Source: Octopus vulgaris (taxonomy: Eukaryota). Taken from it: a stretch of DNA of 64,000 bases. Position 1 is the stretch's first letter. Each line of letters opens with the position of its first letter. The notes below the pieces were generated by a model. It was given only the letters and a program-made list of their open reading frames with translations. It had not been told where the DNA came from and did not search any database. The stretch lies in contig OX597819.1 of assembly GCA_951406725.2 (NCBI GenBank), forward strand, positions 58,838,001 to 58,902,000, written 5' to 3'. Below are positions 26,658-40,239 of the stretch, piece by piece. The translations under genes were made by a program, and so were the position numbers.

Positions 26658-27151
26658 CCGTCATAGTGTCGAGCCACAGGCATCTAAACCTGATTGGCGA
26701 CACACTACAAGAAAATGAAGCGGTGACAGGAGCAAAATTTAACGCGGAAAAATCAGTGGGCTTGCAAACTCGGCACCTGGAGAGGCAAGTCCATGCCGTC
26801 CAACAGTGTCGTGGGGTGCTGGACAGACGGTCCGGTTAAGTTGCTCGGAGTCTTGTTTGGTCCAGACCTCCAGGTGGAGAAAAACTGGGACGAGGTGAAG
26901 GGTAGGGTAACGAATCTCACCCAGAAATGGGCCGAAAGGAAGTGGTCTCTGAAAGGTAGAGCGGAGGTGGCGAATGCGTACATCGCATTCGTCATCTATT
27001 ACTGCTTGACCGTCGTTCTTTGCCCCAATTGCTGGCTCCCAAACTGGTGCGTTTACTCTTCCGCTTTCTGTGGAAGGAGCGCGTTTCATTGGTCAGGCGC
27101 TCTACTAGTTCACTCCGCTGAATTTCAGGCCTTGTGCCTTTAGGAGAAAGG

Positions 27152-27198
<47 letters not shown>

Positions 27199-28205
27199 TG
27201 TTTGTCAGACACACTTTCCCACAGCTCGTCTCTTTGACTGAGCTGCAAACCTGGATTAGGTATAGACCGAGGAGGGGCGCTTGGCACCTCGAGTGCCGCC
27301 AAGTGCTCACAGCCCTCCGCCAGGCGGGCAATGTGGTCGATGGTTGTTCCATTCTAGCATTCTATAGATGGCTAGTGGAGGGAAAGTGCAACGACGTTCT
27401 TGGGGAAATTCTGGGCGTCGATGATGATCAACTAACCGGTCTGTTTCGGAGAACTTTTGGGCCTGGGCCTATGGATAACTTCCAGAAATCCCTTGCCTGG
27501 CAGTGCTACCGAGGGGCGTTACCTGTTCGAGATAAACTTTACAGGCACGGAAGTAACGTCAGCCGGGCCTGCCCGAGGTGCGCCCAGAACGATGAAGCCG
27601 TTCAGCACGGCCTAGTCCAGTGGCCGAGTATTGCTGATCTGTGAGTTTATGTCGAACACCTGCTGTCGCATGCAGGACGGATCCGGCTATCGTCTGGATT
27701 GATTGTGAGGATTGCCCCGCCGCTCTCTTTTGGCCAGGCAATTTTTATTTGTCTAATGGCTGTAGTGAAAGGAGTAGTATTGTGGACCCGTTTCAAAGGG
27801 CTAAAGACAGACACTTTCCTCTTTGTCCAAGTCCTCATCAACTTTTTCAAGTTTCCCTTGAAAAGGAAGTTGAAGGGGGAGAGGAGAGTGTTGCCTTCAA
27901 GCAAGTTTGTTGAAAGGTGGGTGGATTTTGGAAGAATAGCCAGTGGAAAAAGACCAATTCTAAGCGTGCACCTGTAAAAAAAAGGAATTAAAGGAGAAGA
28001 GCTATTGCCTTATTGATCAGGCACCCGTAACTTTTCTGGGTTTTTCCACGAGGACCTTAAAATGCCTCACCTATTGCGAATTTTTAATTTTAATTGTTAT
28101 TTATATTCCTTACACACTGTAAAACCTATTGTATCGTCTTGTTTTTGTTTCTTATGTTGTTGCATGTCATTTAATGTTATTCTAGGTGAGCCCTTGTTGC
28201 TAATA
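26657..28205 (+). mobile_element. 5'-truncated Tx1/L1-clade LINE (end of RT, CCHC zinc finger, 3' UTR), pseudogenised
   Basis: ORF 26793-27143 has VKLLGVLFG..NW...W..RKWSLKGR. ORF 27234-27644 has LAWQCYRGALPVRDKL..CPRC....EAVQH (zf-RVT-like). ORF 27699-27977 continues the C-terminus. Confidence 0.88.
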
Positions 28206-28230
28206 TGAATGAATTATTATCATTATTATG

Positions 28231-29075
28231 AAGGCAGTGAACTGGCAGAATGGTTAGCACGCCGGGGAAAATGCTTAGCGGTATTTCGTCTGCCGTTACG
28301 TTCTGAGTTCAAATTCCACCGAGGTCGACTTTGCCTTTTATTCTTTCGGGGTCGATTAAATAAGTACGAGTTAGGGCACTGGGGTCGATGTAATCGACTT
28401 AATCCATCTGTCTGTCCTTGTTCGTTCCCTCTGTGTTTAGCCCCTTGTGGGTAGTAAAGAAATAGGTATTTCGTCTGCCGTTACGTTCTGAGTTCAAATT
28501 CCGCCGAGGTCGACTTTGCCTTTCATCCTTTCGGGGTCGATTAAATAAGTACCAGTTACGCACTGGGGTCGATATAATCGGCTTAATAAGTTTGCCTGTC
28601 CTTGTCTCTCCTCTCTGTGTTTAGCCCCTTGTGGGTCGTAAAGAAATAGGTATTTCGTCCATCTTTACGTTCTGAGTTCAAATTCCGCCGTGGTCGACTT
28701 TACCTTTCATTCTTTCGAGGTTGATAAATTAAGTACCAGTGAAACACTGGGGTTGATGTAATTGACTAGTCCTTGCCCCCAAAACTTCAGGCCTTGTACT
28801 TTCAGTAGAAAGGATTGTTGTTGTTGTTGTTGTTGTTGTTGTAATAGTTAAGGCAGTGGGCTGGCAGAATCGTTACCATGCCGGGTAAAATGCTTAGCGA
28901 CGTTTCCTCTGACTCTACCTTTCGAGTTCAAACGCCATCGAGGTTGACTTTTCCTTTTATCCTTTCAGGGTCAATAAAATAAATACTGGTTGAGAAGTGA
29001 GATCGATGTAGGCGACTTACCCACTCTCCCCCAATTACTGGCCTTGATCCAAAAAATTTAAACCATCATTATTAT
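28231..29075 (+). mobile_element. Family A SINE trimer plus one monomer
   Basis: A head at 28231 is followed by ~180-bp units re-entering at GTATTTCGTC; a separate copy lies at 28850-29075. Confidence 0.88.
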
Positions 29076-29523
29076 TATTTAATGCAGCGATACGATCGTT
29101 TCCCAAAAGCTTCCGTTCGGTATCGAACATATACAAACCAGACAGAATCAAACTCAGTAAATCTAATATTCACTCATTCTGGCTGAAGATATAAAAACCG
29201 GATGGAAATAAAATTAGTTTTCATTTTGCTTCCAGTGGTTTCAAGAGTCATACTATGAGCAAAGATAAACAGAAATAAATCTTATTAAACAAGTATATAA
29301 GAATATAAGAAAATATATTTAGCAGATTTTTAAACAAATAAAATAATATCAAGTCAGCATAACATAAGGAGAACTGCATCTTGGGATTTTCTCTTAGTTT
29401 AGAGTGCGTTTAATTATAATGCATAATGCCAATTTAAAAAGGACATTGTGTTAAACAAAAGGAAATATACACTCATACATATATATTAGTGCGTATGTAT
29501 AAATATACATTTGTGTATGTGTG

Positions 29524-29554
<31 letters not shown>

Positions 29555-29561
29555 ATGTATG

Positions 29562-29620
<59 letters not shown>

Positions 29621-29730
29621 GTATGTGTGTATATATATACATATGTATATATGCATGTATAAATACATGTACTTATATATATATATATATGTAAATTTAT
29701 GTATAATCGTGTGTGTGTATATATATATAT

Positions 29731-29786
<56 letters not shown>

Positions 29787-29788
<2 letters not shown>

Positions 29789-29848
29789 GCGGTGCTCCAG
29801 CATGGCCGCAGTCAAATGACTGAAACAACTAAAAGTGAGTAAAAGAGT
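29787..29848 (+). mobile_element. 3' end of family B SINE within a TA microsatellite
   Basis: AAAGGCGGTGCTCCAGCATGGCCGCAGTCAAATGACTGAAAC. Confidence 0.8.
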
Positions 29849-30189
29849 ATATGTATATATATATATATATTTATATGTGCGTGTGTGTATACATATATAC
29901 GCACACACACACACACACACACATATAGTATACATGTATGTGTATATACAACTTCAGTATGTTTTTAAATTGAACACAGTAACACAGACTAATTGTCTAC
30001 CGAGTCCATCAACACATAAATTCCATTACCATGGCAACAATTTCAAATGTTATCCCACAGCTATAATAAAATACACTTATCCATAATACCAAACAAGGGG
30101 ACAGAACTCACATAAGAGTGTTACCAAATCATCACAGCTCTTTAACGTGCGCTTCCTGAAATCAGTTTCTTATTCGTTGAAATGTTAAT

Positions 30190-30628
30190 TCTTTTTCTAC
30201 TCTAGGCACAATTTTGAGGAGGGGGCCAGTCGATTAGATCGACGACAGTATGCAGCTGGTATTTAATTTATCGACCCCGAAAGAATGAAAGGCAAAGTCG
30301 ACCTCGGCAGAATTTGAACTCAGAACGTTAAGACAGACAAAATACTGCTAAGCATTTCGCCCGGTGTGCTAACATTCCTGCCAGCTCACTGCCTTACTTT
30401 GGTAAAAAATTATTCTTTTCTACTCTAAGCACAAAGCCCGAAATTTTGAGGGACGAGGCCAGTTGATTAGATTGATCCCAGTACACAACTGGTAATTAAT
30501 TTATCGACTCCGAAAGGAAGAAAGACAAAGTTGACCTCGGCAGAATTTGAACTCAGAACGTAAAGACAGACGAAATACAGCTAAGCATTTCACTCGTCGT
30601 GCTAACGTTTCTGCCAGCTCGCCGCCTT
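30190..30628 (-). mobile_element. Two adjacent family A SINEs
   Basis: Two complete head-body-tail copies at ~30190-30395 and ~30412-30628. Confidence 0.85.
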
Positions 30629-30882
30629 GTTGAAATGCTAATTGAGTAAGAAAATTGTGACGAATGATACATTTCGAATCTTTTTTTGGCTCCATCCAGT
30701 GAGATATGGCCATGCTGGTGCTCTGTCTGATATATTGCTGATTAATACGACATTTAATTACTGCAGGAATATATCCAAACGATTTCTAATCGATATTGGA
30801 AAATGCCTCACAAAATCAATAGCCAGTTTACGGTTGAGACTCCAAGTTTTCAAAACTATACTGCGATACATATACTGGTGCG

Positions 30883-30948
<66 letters not shown>

Positions 30949-30951
<3 letters not shown>

Positions 30952-31572
30952 TATTATAATCTCTTATTATAAAAGGCAGATTTTATCTGCCTCCCTTTTG
31001 TCAGTTATAGAAATCTACAATATAGGATTTCTTCAATTACAATTTACCTAGCATTTTTAAGAGTAGAATGCATCGGGTCATGCCAGGTCCAGTTTTTAAA
31101 ATTTAAGCTCCAATTAAGCAAAATTTACAGAAAACTCACATTCTGGTGTGTATGTCAAATGCTTTTCTTAATGTGGTTTACACCACACGCACACGCACAC
31201 ACAAGAGTGAGTGAAAATGTTCTTGGAAGAGAGTAAATAGCGACAGAGTGATTTGAGGAAGACTAAACTGAAAGTATTTCTATAAAACGGATCACACATG
31301 GTATCAACATAATTTCTCCCACTTTCTCTTTGCAAGTGTACCTTAAACCACTACTCAAAAAATAAAAAACACAGCAAACAGAAACAAATAAATACATAAC
31401 GATTTACTCCTCACACAATTTCTTCAATTAGAGTTTACCTAAGATTTTTCAAAGTACTCCATTCGGTCATGCCATAACAAATTTCTTTCAATTTCACCCC
31501 CAATTAAGACAAAATTCGAGACAACTCAATATTTTAACATTTCACTCCGAAAGCATTGATGTACATGTGTGC

Positions 31573-31619
<47 letters not shown>

Positions 31620-32728
31620 ATGGGTTGTGCGACACAGAAAGTGTGGTGTGTAAGTGAAGTGCTTTTGTTAGTGTGTGTAAAGAGACAGACAGAGTGAAAG
31701 ACAGAAATAACTGAACTTTTTTTATTCACTTTTTGTAGTGAGTGACTGAGAGAGAAAAGAGAGAGAGAGGTTATGTATGTATATATGTATGTATGGCTTC
31801 AGTGACACACACAAAAACACATACCTACGTACACCTAAAGCACGCACACACACACACACACACACACACAAGCGGAGCGCGAACTTCAAAATTTTGGTAG
31901 TATTAATTTGCGAGCGTACTTCTAAGCGCGCGTAATTGAAAGTTTTCACTATGATATCATCACGTGCGAAAAAATTCGAAGGGTTTTGAACAATTGAGAT
32001 ACAGATGTCACGCCTGTATTGAAACCATTGCTAAGCTGCCGTAATTGCTTAATTAAGACTTTGTTTAAATTGAAAGGGGCAAATATGTGACGAGGTTGAA
32101 AAAATACCCTGAAAAAAAATACCCCAGAAAAAAAAATGTACTGCTGGTATTTGTATAATTCACTACTATTTTGCTACAATGTCATGAAAAAGAAAAAATT
32201 TAGGTATGTACAACATCGAATTCGCCACCCCCTTTTCCCCGTTCGCGTTTGTGTAAAAAAAATTATTATTTAAGTTTTAAAAATTATTTACTTTGTTAAA
32301 AAAATATTAATATTAATTAATTTTCAAGAATTATTTAATTTTATTCTGTAAAATAGTAATTAATTCATTTATCTGTAAATCCGCGAGGTTGTTACTCAGG
32401 CACCTAGAATAGTAACCTTCAACTAACACTATCTCCTCCGAGACCCTGCGGCGCAAGTTGACCAAAATTGAGAGTATGATAGAAGAAGGGTTGCTCTTCC
32501 TTCCGTAGAATATAAAATTCAAATCGGACCATGTTAACACCAAAAATTATTTACATCAAAAAGATGCTTTTTTCTATGAAAATCCCTATTTTTTACGATT
32601 TTTTCACTGCTGTGTCGCCACTTTTCGGTGTATTTCGACCAGAAAAATGTTCACAAAATTTTTACTTTTCAAAATTACAATTCCAGCGGGTCGAAACAAA
32701 CCCGAGCAACGCCGGGCGATACTGCTAG
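30949..32728 (+). mobile_element. Non-autonomous Helitron
   Basis: 5' TCTTATTATAA, 3' subterminal hairpin CCCGAGCAACGCCGGG, and terminal CTAG at 32725-32728. Confidence 0.85.
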
Positions 32729-33409
32729 TCTTATTATAAAAGGCAGATTTTATCTGCCTCCCTTTGTCTCTTATAGAAATCTACAATATAGGATTTCTTC
32801 AATTACAATTTACCTAGCATTTTTAAGAGTAGAATGCATCGGGTCATGCCAGGTACAGTTTTTCAAATTTCACCCCCATTTAAGCAAAATTTCGAGAAAA
32901 CTCACTTTGTGGTGTGTAAGTGAAGTGATTTTCTTAGTGTGGGCTACAGCACACACACACACACACAAACGGAGCGAAATGCTTCACTCATGCTATCACC
33001 CTAATTTCTCCTCCTTTCTCTTTGCAAGTGTGCAACGATTAAAGTGAAAGTATTTATATAAAACGGATGAACTGCTTCACTCATACTTTCTCTTTGCAAG
33101 TGTACCTTAAACCACTACTCAAAAAAAAAAACACAGCAAACAGAAACAAATAAATACATAACGATTTACTCCTCACACAATTTCTTCAATTAGAGTTTAC
33201 CTCTGATTTTTCAAAGTACTCCATTCGGTCATGGCATACAAAATTTCTTTCAATTTCACCCCCATTTCAGAAAAAATTCGAGAAAACTACCATTTCACTC
33301 TTTCCCTTCAAAGCCTTTACTCCCACTTCCTCTTTACACACATAGGCACGCAAATATATAAATAAAATTGTAAGCTAACGTGTGTGTGTGTGTGTGTGTG
33401 CGCGCGTAT

Positions 33410-33451
<42 letters not shown>

Positions 33452-34098
33452 GTGTGTGAGGGTGCGTGTGTGTGTGTGTGTGTGCGTGTGTGTGAGTGTG
33501 TGACAGGGATGAGCCAGTCAGACTGGTCATCCTTTTTGCTAGAAGAAGATCACCTATGCTACACCACTGGTTTTCAGTTCATATTCATCAAATTAATATT
33601 CACAACAAGAAGGACTATTCATTATTATACATCAGTTCCACACATTTACCCTGGTTCCATTTCGGACAACTGCACAAACATTTGCCATTTCACACATGTA
33701 TGTAAACAAATTCCTTTCTTAAAAATTTCAATTCCTTTTCTTTTTCAATTTATACAAAGTTTTTAGGACGAATATAAGATCTAAAGTATATCCAAGTAGC
33801 AGAAAGATCGCCCAAAAGTGTATATAGATATATAAATGTATTTATATATTCATCTATACACAGATGTATGTATAACGTGTGTGTATATATTTCCATAGAG
33901 GTAACCATTCACTCCATACAAAGTTATTTAGGACGAATATTTAAAGTATATCCAAGTAGCAGAAAGATCGCCCAAAAGTGTATATAGATATATAAATGTA
34001 TTTATATATTCATCTATGCACACATGTATGTATAACGTGTGTGTATATATTTCCATAAGGTAACCATTCACTCCATACAAAGTTTTTTAGGACGAAAA
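32729..34098 (+). mobile_element. Second Helitron unit in tandem, lacking its own 3' end
   Basis: Starts TCTTATTATAAAAGGCAGATTTTATCTGCCTCCC directly after CTAG; ~500 bp are homologous to 30960-31520. Confidence 0.8.
33752..34097. repeat. ~160-bp tandem duplication inside the Helitron
   Basis: AAAGTATATCCAAGTAGCAGAAAGATCGCCC at 33783 and 33943. Confidence 0.9.
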
Positions 34099-34920
34099 TC
34101 TTTATATATAAAAGAAAGGTTGTGTGTCTCTCTACTCCGATTTAGATTCCTAACTACTCCCACATTTTGCGATGTAGTTTAACCAAAACCGGGTATCTTA
34201 TAGTCGTGATTCATATCGAGCCCTTCTGGGTATTAGCGCGCGTCTACGATGAGTCTACGATTTTACAAATAATTTACCATCATTTTTTCCATTTTAATGC
34301 ATATTTTTTTAATAAAGGGAAGTAACTCTCAAACTTCACACCAATATGCGTGCTCATATGCGACGTAATATCACATCAGCAGCATTTCCTCACACCCTCC
34401 TTGCACTTGGCGAAGGCAAAATACCAGGGGATGAAACTGGTAATATTGCCATCGATTCCATTTGTACCTTTGTTAAGACGCCTTCTGATCTCAGAGATGC
34501 AGTGTTCCCAGATCTACAAGCTAATTATCAGAATATGGATTGGATTGGCCAAAAGGCTATACTGGCCCCGAGGAATAAAACTGTTCACTATATTAATGAT
34601 GAAATGCTAAAACTCATTCCTGGGGAAGTCTATGTATATCAGTCTATCGATACAACTCCTGACCCAGAGGACGTCATCAACTATCCAATAGAGGTACTCA
34701 ATTCCTTTGAGCACCCCGGACTACCACCACACTTTCTCAAACTTAAAGTTGGTGCCCCTATAATGCTCATCAGATATTTGGTTCCCCCAAAACAATGCAA
34801 TGGCACACGTTTGATCGTTAACTTATATCAATATTTGCCTGAATAATCATCATAATTCAGTGCAATCATTAACAGTACTTTCAAGCAATTCAGCCCCGAG
34901 CAACGCCTGGCAATTCTGCT

Positions 34921-34922
<2 letters not shown>
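34099..34922 (+). mobile_element. Internally deleted Helitron carrying a helicase fragment
   Basis: 5' TCTTTATATATAAAAG; 3' CCCGAGCAACGCCTGG..CTAG at 34919-34922. The 5' region is homologous to the element at 57217-57745. Confidence 0.85.
34346..34846 (+). pseudogene. Helitron RepHel PIF1-family helicase fragment (2B region), 166 aa
   Basis: KAILAPRN...IN...IPGE...Y.SID...YPIEVLNS...GLPPHFLKLKVGAPIMLIR.L....CNGTRLIV is the characteristic PIF1/Helitron signature. The N-terminal motifs and Rep domain are missing. Confidence 0.93.
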
Positions 34923-34971
<49 letters not shown>

Positions 34972-34974
34972 TCG

Positions 34975-35034
34975 CCTTGATAGATCGTTACACACCAGCA
35001 TTGGTTATCAAGCGATGGTGGGGGACAAACACGG

Positions 35035-35081
<47 letters not shown>

Positions 35082-35240
35082 CGACGGGCTTCTTTCAGTT
35101 TCCAGCTACCAAATCCACTCACAAGGCTTTGGTCGGCCCGAGACTATAGTAGAAGACACTCGCCCAAGGTGCCACGCAGTAGGACTGAACTCGGAACCAT
35201 GTTGTTGGTTAGCAAGCTACTTACCACAACCACTTCTGCG
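34975..35240 (-). mobile_element. Family B SINE (3'-truncated)
   Basis: Reverse complement of 10028-10260. Confidence 0.85.
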
Positions 35241-37133
35241 CCTGTACACGTACACACACGTTCGAGTGCGTATGAAAGTGTATGCGTGTGTGTGCATGTA
35301 TTTGTATATGTATGCGCACCGTGTATGCTTATGTTTACTGAAATATTGCTTACATCAATAATTTACATGAGAATTCATAATGGATTTCTGGGCAGAGGAA
35401 TTAATTCTGTGCGCCTCGGCTTCCCTCTCGGTGACATACATGGATAAGATCAGCACGGGATATTACCAATGGTAGATAAGTGCTGTATCTAGAGCAGATA
35501 TTTTAAACTGGCTTAGATCTACAATGTCTAAAGCAATGAACAGACCTATGAAGCCATGCAATTATTTATCTGCGTATTTGGGGTTGTGAGAAGTGCATAT
35601 GTGTGGGAGAACCAAAATATCGTTTCCATACGAACATTCATTTTTGTTAGCCACACGTGTAGATCTACTTCCAAACTTGCTTTCGTATAATTACACGTGT
35701 GTGTGCGTGCGTGTGTGTGTGTGTGCGTGTTCGGTTAACATACACAGAACGTCGTATGCATGTAGATACCCGTGCTTAGACAAACATGACCTCCTTTTTA
35801 CCTTCAAAGCCAACATTTACTCACGACGCAGTCTCTCCATCACAGTCCTTACCCCATACGATCACTGTCTAATCAAATCACATCTGCTTCTGAAAATACT
35901 TTGACACTAGAAACTAACAGGTCGGGGTCTCGCAGATTCCCATCGACTTTTCCTGGTGTCAGATGAGCTCCCACCTTACATACAGACACACACGCAACAC
36001 TCGAGACGAGTGGCTAAAACGTAGGATGAAACAACCATCCTTCGTTTGCACTTCAGTCTATCAAACAGTCAACCTTTTGATTCATGCAACTGAAAAGAGA
36101 AAGAATATTATTTAATACTGAAGAAAAATCGCCGACTGTTATCAGCGGGAAAGTTTAACCTAGAGTCGTATATCAGTAAAATAACCATTAGGAGAATGAA
36201 CAGTATGTTTGTATATCATACGGCCAACAAACTCGCCCCCAATTCTAAAATTGGCAACCAGAATTTCTGGTTCGTGATAGATCGTATCTCTGTGTCCATT
36301 GCCGGATCGTTTTACTTGTCACACCTCAAGCGCGATGGTTCTGCATGTAGCATTTGTGCAAACATTCGTTACATTTTTAACATTACGCTCACAATTACGA
36401 TAGTTCCACTCTTAGACTCCTTTTTTCTCCATTCTATCTGCTGCAATGCCCGTACAATCACTCTAATCAAACAAGGCGGAATACCGTCACCTTTCTCGTA
36501 CAATCTCCCATTTTGATTGAGATGTGACTCGTAAAGCAATTCCACAATGTACGTAGAGATATTTTTGGTTGCAAACCAGAAATCCTGGCTCCCATTCTCA
36601 GAAAGTAACTGAGTCTATTGGGTTTGTGACATACAGATATTATGAAATGTGGGACAGAATATGTCTCACCTCCAAATATTCTTATTCCTTTAATCCTATT
36701 TACCGGCATATCACCTTCACTTCTAGCATCTCAAACCTGGTGGAGACTGTCGTAAATATCAATTTCTTTACATTTTCTTAATTTGTGAGTATCAATACGA
36801 CTTCCGATATCACATAGCAGTAGACTTCCTTCATCAATCGCTAGTGCTGATTCCTTCCACTCGTATCCACCACCAGAACTTGGGGCGAAATGTGTGATGA
36901 ACTGTTGCACACATCAGAAACCACAAACACAGCCTGTAATCAGAATTAGAGTCTGGGTCTTATGGCGAGGTCGACAGTGACAACTGGAAGACGACGCTCT
37001 CATTCTGATAATACATATACATTTATTGCATGGAAACATTCGAGCAAGAGAAATAATATTCTTAAGATTATAAATCTAGAAAAATACGGGACAAGTTATT
37101 ACACTTGGAAAAGTTCAGGACAAGTTATTACAT

Positions 37134-37772
37134 CTGGTAAAGTAAAGAACAAGAAAATTTTTACTTAAAATATTGCAGCTAAGGATAAAATTTCAAATAA
37201 AATATTTAGATTTAGAAAATATTAGCTTTTATTAAAACTAAAAATTTTATTACAAGTTATTACTTCTATTTATTGCTACTAGTTACTTCTATTAAAAATT
37301 TACTCAAATAATTCAAAATATTTTTTGCGCTTTAAAAAAATTAATTTTTTAAAATTATTCATTAAAAATAGGTTATAGAAAATAAGAGTAGTACATAATT
37401 AGTTAATACAATAAATAGAATACTACAAAATTAGTTATGTATTACTGTAAAATCTACAACAAATTCACTGTAAAATTAGCTTCAGTTATTGCCAAGTCTT
37501 CACATTTTTAGTCTTGACCCAATTCCTAGTTTTACATAAGGAATTTGCCTACCATATATACTATTCTACTTTGCATAAAACTTTAGCTATATCTGTACTT
37601 CTGGCTCTCAATTTCTAAGTATTCTAGTGCGTCAATATTTTAACAAACTGATGGTACCTTTTTTAATTATAATGTTACTTTGTAAATTAAAATCAAATAA
37701 CTTTTAATATTCAAATCTTATCCTTAGCTGCAATATATTCAGTAAAAGTTTTCTTGTCCTGTACTTTCCCAG
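37134..37772. mobile_element. AT-rich TIR element (MITE-like), ~85-bp imperfect TIRs
   Basis: CTGGTAAAGTAAAGAACAAGAAAATTTTTACT..ATATTGCAGCTAAGGATAA versus TTATCCTTAGCTGCAATAT..AGTAAAAGTTTTCTTGTCCTGTACTTTCCCAG. Confidence 0.65.
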
Positions 37773-37774
37773 CA

Positions 37775-39812
37775 CACACTAATTTTATTATTCTTTTTCT
37801 TAACGAACACAGTTGGTGCTGACCATACAAAGCATTCCACCTTTTGGATAACACCAACTTTTTGTTGTCTCTCTAAGTTTATCTGTTGTAACGATGCGAA
37901 CCGTACAATTCGTTTTTGTCAAAATATCGGTCTGGCGTTTTCTTGTATTTGAAACCGTGCTTTCGTTTTGGTACACAGACCTAATTTATCGGACAGAACT
38001 TCAGGAAAAATATTTTTAATTTTGTGTTGTTTTTTTTTTCTTTTCTTTTTCAATTCGTTTGACGATTCACTTTTTTACGGAAAAGATTTACAGGGTGGCC
38101 CTATAAATTAAACAATTCCATCTAGTCAGTAACGAACAAGTTTGTTGTATTATTTAGCACAAAAATTTTAGCCTTTAAGGTATTTTCACAAAATGTAATG
38201 TTACTTATAAATACACCCTTAAAAATACTATTTTTTCCTGAAACACCTCTGGTAATTTTCGAGAGTTCATTTAATTTAGGTCTCCTTATCTTTTTCCATG
38301 TATCTGTGTTAATTATTGAAATGTTGCTGCCTGTATTCAATTGTAACTTTACGTTTGTGCAATTTTTACGTACACAAATTTTCTTTGAGACTCGTTCATA
38401 TTTTTTGTCACCGATTATCCGTTTACGTGATTTTTTCTGTTGAGTCGTTTTTTAGGTTCTGTCCTACAATGCGGCTTTTTATGGCCTATTTTACCACACT
38501 TGTAACATTTTGTATTTTTAAACGGACAGTTATTTTTAAAATGTAGACCACCGTACCCATAACATGAATTCGGTCTTGGCGTATTGTTTTTTCTTATTCG
38601 CTACCGGTCGACACGCTTGAATTCGAGAATCTTTCTCTTCAATTTTATTTGCCTCGTGTCGTAGATTAATAATCCTCTGACATTGTTGTGCTACTACCTT
38701 CAGAGTTAAATTTTGGTTCTGTTCTAATTTTATTAATATCCAGGGACGTATATCTGCATCTTTGCAGTAAGCTCTTGATCTAAAAATTAAAGACATGAAC
38801 ATGTTAAATCATTCAATTTGAATGTCTCACGCTCTCTGTTAACTATTCCGGCATAGGTAGCGAAATCTTCATTTCTTTTTTTTTTTTGACCAAATTGAAA
38901 CATTGCCAGCAAGTATTGAACAGGATACTTCTTTCACTGAGAATTTTCGATAAAATAATAAATTTCATCGAAACAAATCTCACCTGGCTTCTTCGGCAGA
39001 ATATGATTACTCTATTTTTCCTGTTCAGCAGGGGATAACTTTCTTAAAAGTAATCGTACTTTTCTCTATCGGGCCAACTTTTACCTTCTTCTTTGAAGAT
39101 TTCGGATCTTTTCGGTTTGAACGGCAGTTTTTTCTAGCAGTGTCATATGAAATTGTCACCCATAATTATGACCCTAGTATCGATCTATTGCATTTCAATG
39201 TTTTAGGGTTAGGGGTGGTGGGGAGCGTATCTTTTTTTTTTCACAAATGTAAATAAACCCAATCTGTTTCTTAAACGAGGGACATATTCATACGGCACAG
39301 AATGTTTTCACCTCAGTAGACGTCATTGATTGGTTGGAATTGCAGAAATTGAAGAAAAAAACAACAAATATCTTACAAACCATAGAATTTTCTCAATAAA
39401 GCCAAGAGAAAAAGATGTTTTATAAACACATTCTACCAGTATGCGAAGTTTAAAAGTGTTTAGTTACGTGGAAATCATTTTAAAAAACTGCCGTTCAAAC
39501 CGAAAAGATCCAAGATTTCTTCGTATCTATGAAAATATGCAGAGAAGGTAGTACCTTCTTCAGGTTTATAGCTGAATTCTTCAATTGAGTTTGATACGCT
39601 ATCTAGCAAATATGAATCTGAAGTATTTTCAGACTCCTTCAACATTCATTCCAGCAACTGTTGGTTTTGTTGTTGTAGTTGCTGCTGCTGCTGCTGCAAC
39701 TACACCACGGAGGTCAATAAGTCTTCCATGTTAAAACAATTTATTCTTTGGTTTCCTACCAAAGAATAAATTTTAAACACCCAACGTAAGCTTCGGACAC
39801 CACTTCGCCACT
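37775..39812 (-). mobile_element. Decayed Gypsy/Ty3 LTR retrotransposon (PBS, gag, protease, start of RT)
   Basis: PBS-like TGGCGAAGTGG at ~39800-39810. gag starts at the ATG at 39729 (EEFSYKPEEGTTFSAYFHRYEEIF). Zinc knuckle CYKCGKIGHKKPHC; protease LQLNTGSNISII (DTG decayed); RT start LGLCTKTKA...WSAPTVFVKKKNNKI. Confidence 0.88.
39104..39511. mobile_element. Merlin-like MITE nested in Gypsy gag
   Basis: Same TIRs as 25205-25637; perfect TSD AAGATTTC at 39096-39103 and 39512-39519. Confidence 0.92.
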
Positions 39813-39846
39813 TTTATATCTTTGTATTTGATATACAATATACCGA

Positions 39847-40074
39847 AGTAGTGGGGAAGAAAGTATATACACGACGCACTATTATTAATATTACACGAGA
39901 CTCGACGCTCTACATCAAAGGCTCACAGTGAATTGCTACCAACACGAACGCGTCTCTTGATTTGCCTATAAAAAGCATACATAGACGGGGACAACAAGAC
40001 AGTACAAGTGGGGACAAAGACATAAGCGGATGAATGATATGAAGTTATATAATGAAGATGTAATGCCCACTACT
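39847..40074. mobile_element. Possible LTR
   Basis: 9-bp inverted termini AGTAGTGGG...CCCACTACT lie just upstream of the Gypsy PBS, but not flush with it; no TSD. Confidence 0.35.
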
Positions 40075-40239
40075 TGATCCCACTTCCACGTAGTATCATT
40101 TTAAATCTACTTTCATCTAACTTCCACTGAATCTAGTAAGTATACAGCGGTTTCAGTCTTTCAACATCCACCACAGGTAGTAAATGTTCATAATATTTTA
40201 TTTCTATCCCTAATGGGTATATTTCATCACCAAAGGTGG

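Noticed and set aside
36196-36900. Possible continuation of Gypsy pol or a mariner transposase remnant
   Set aside because: No convincing RT, integrase or DDD motif in any frame examined.
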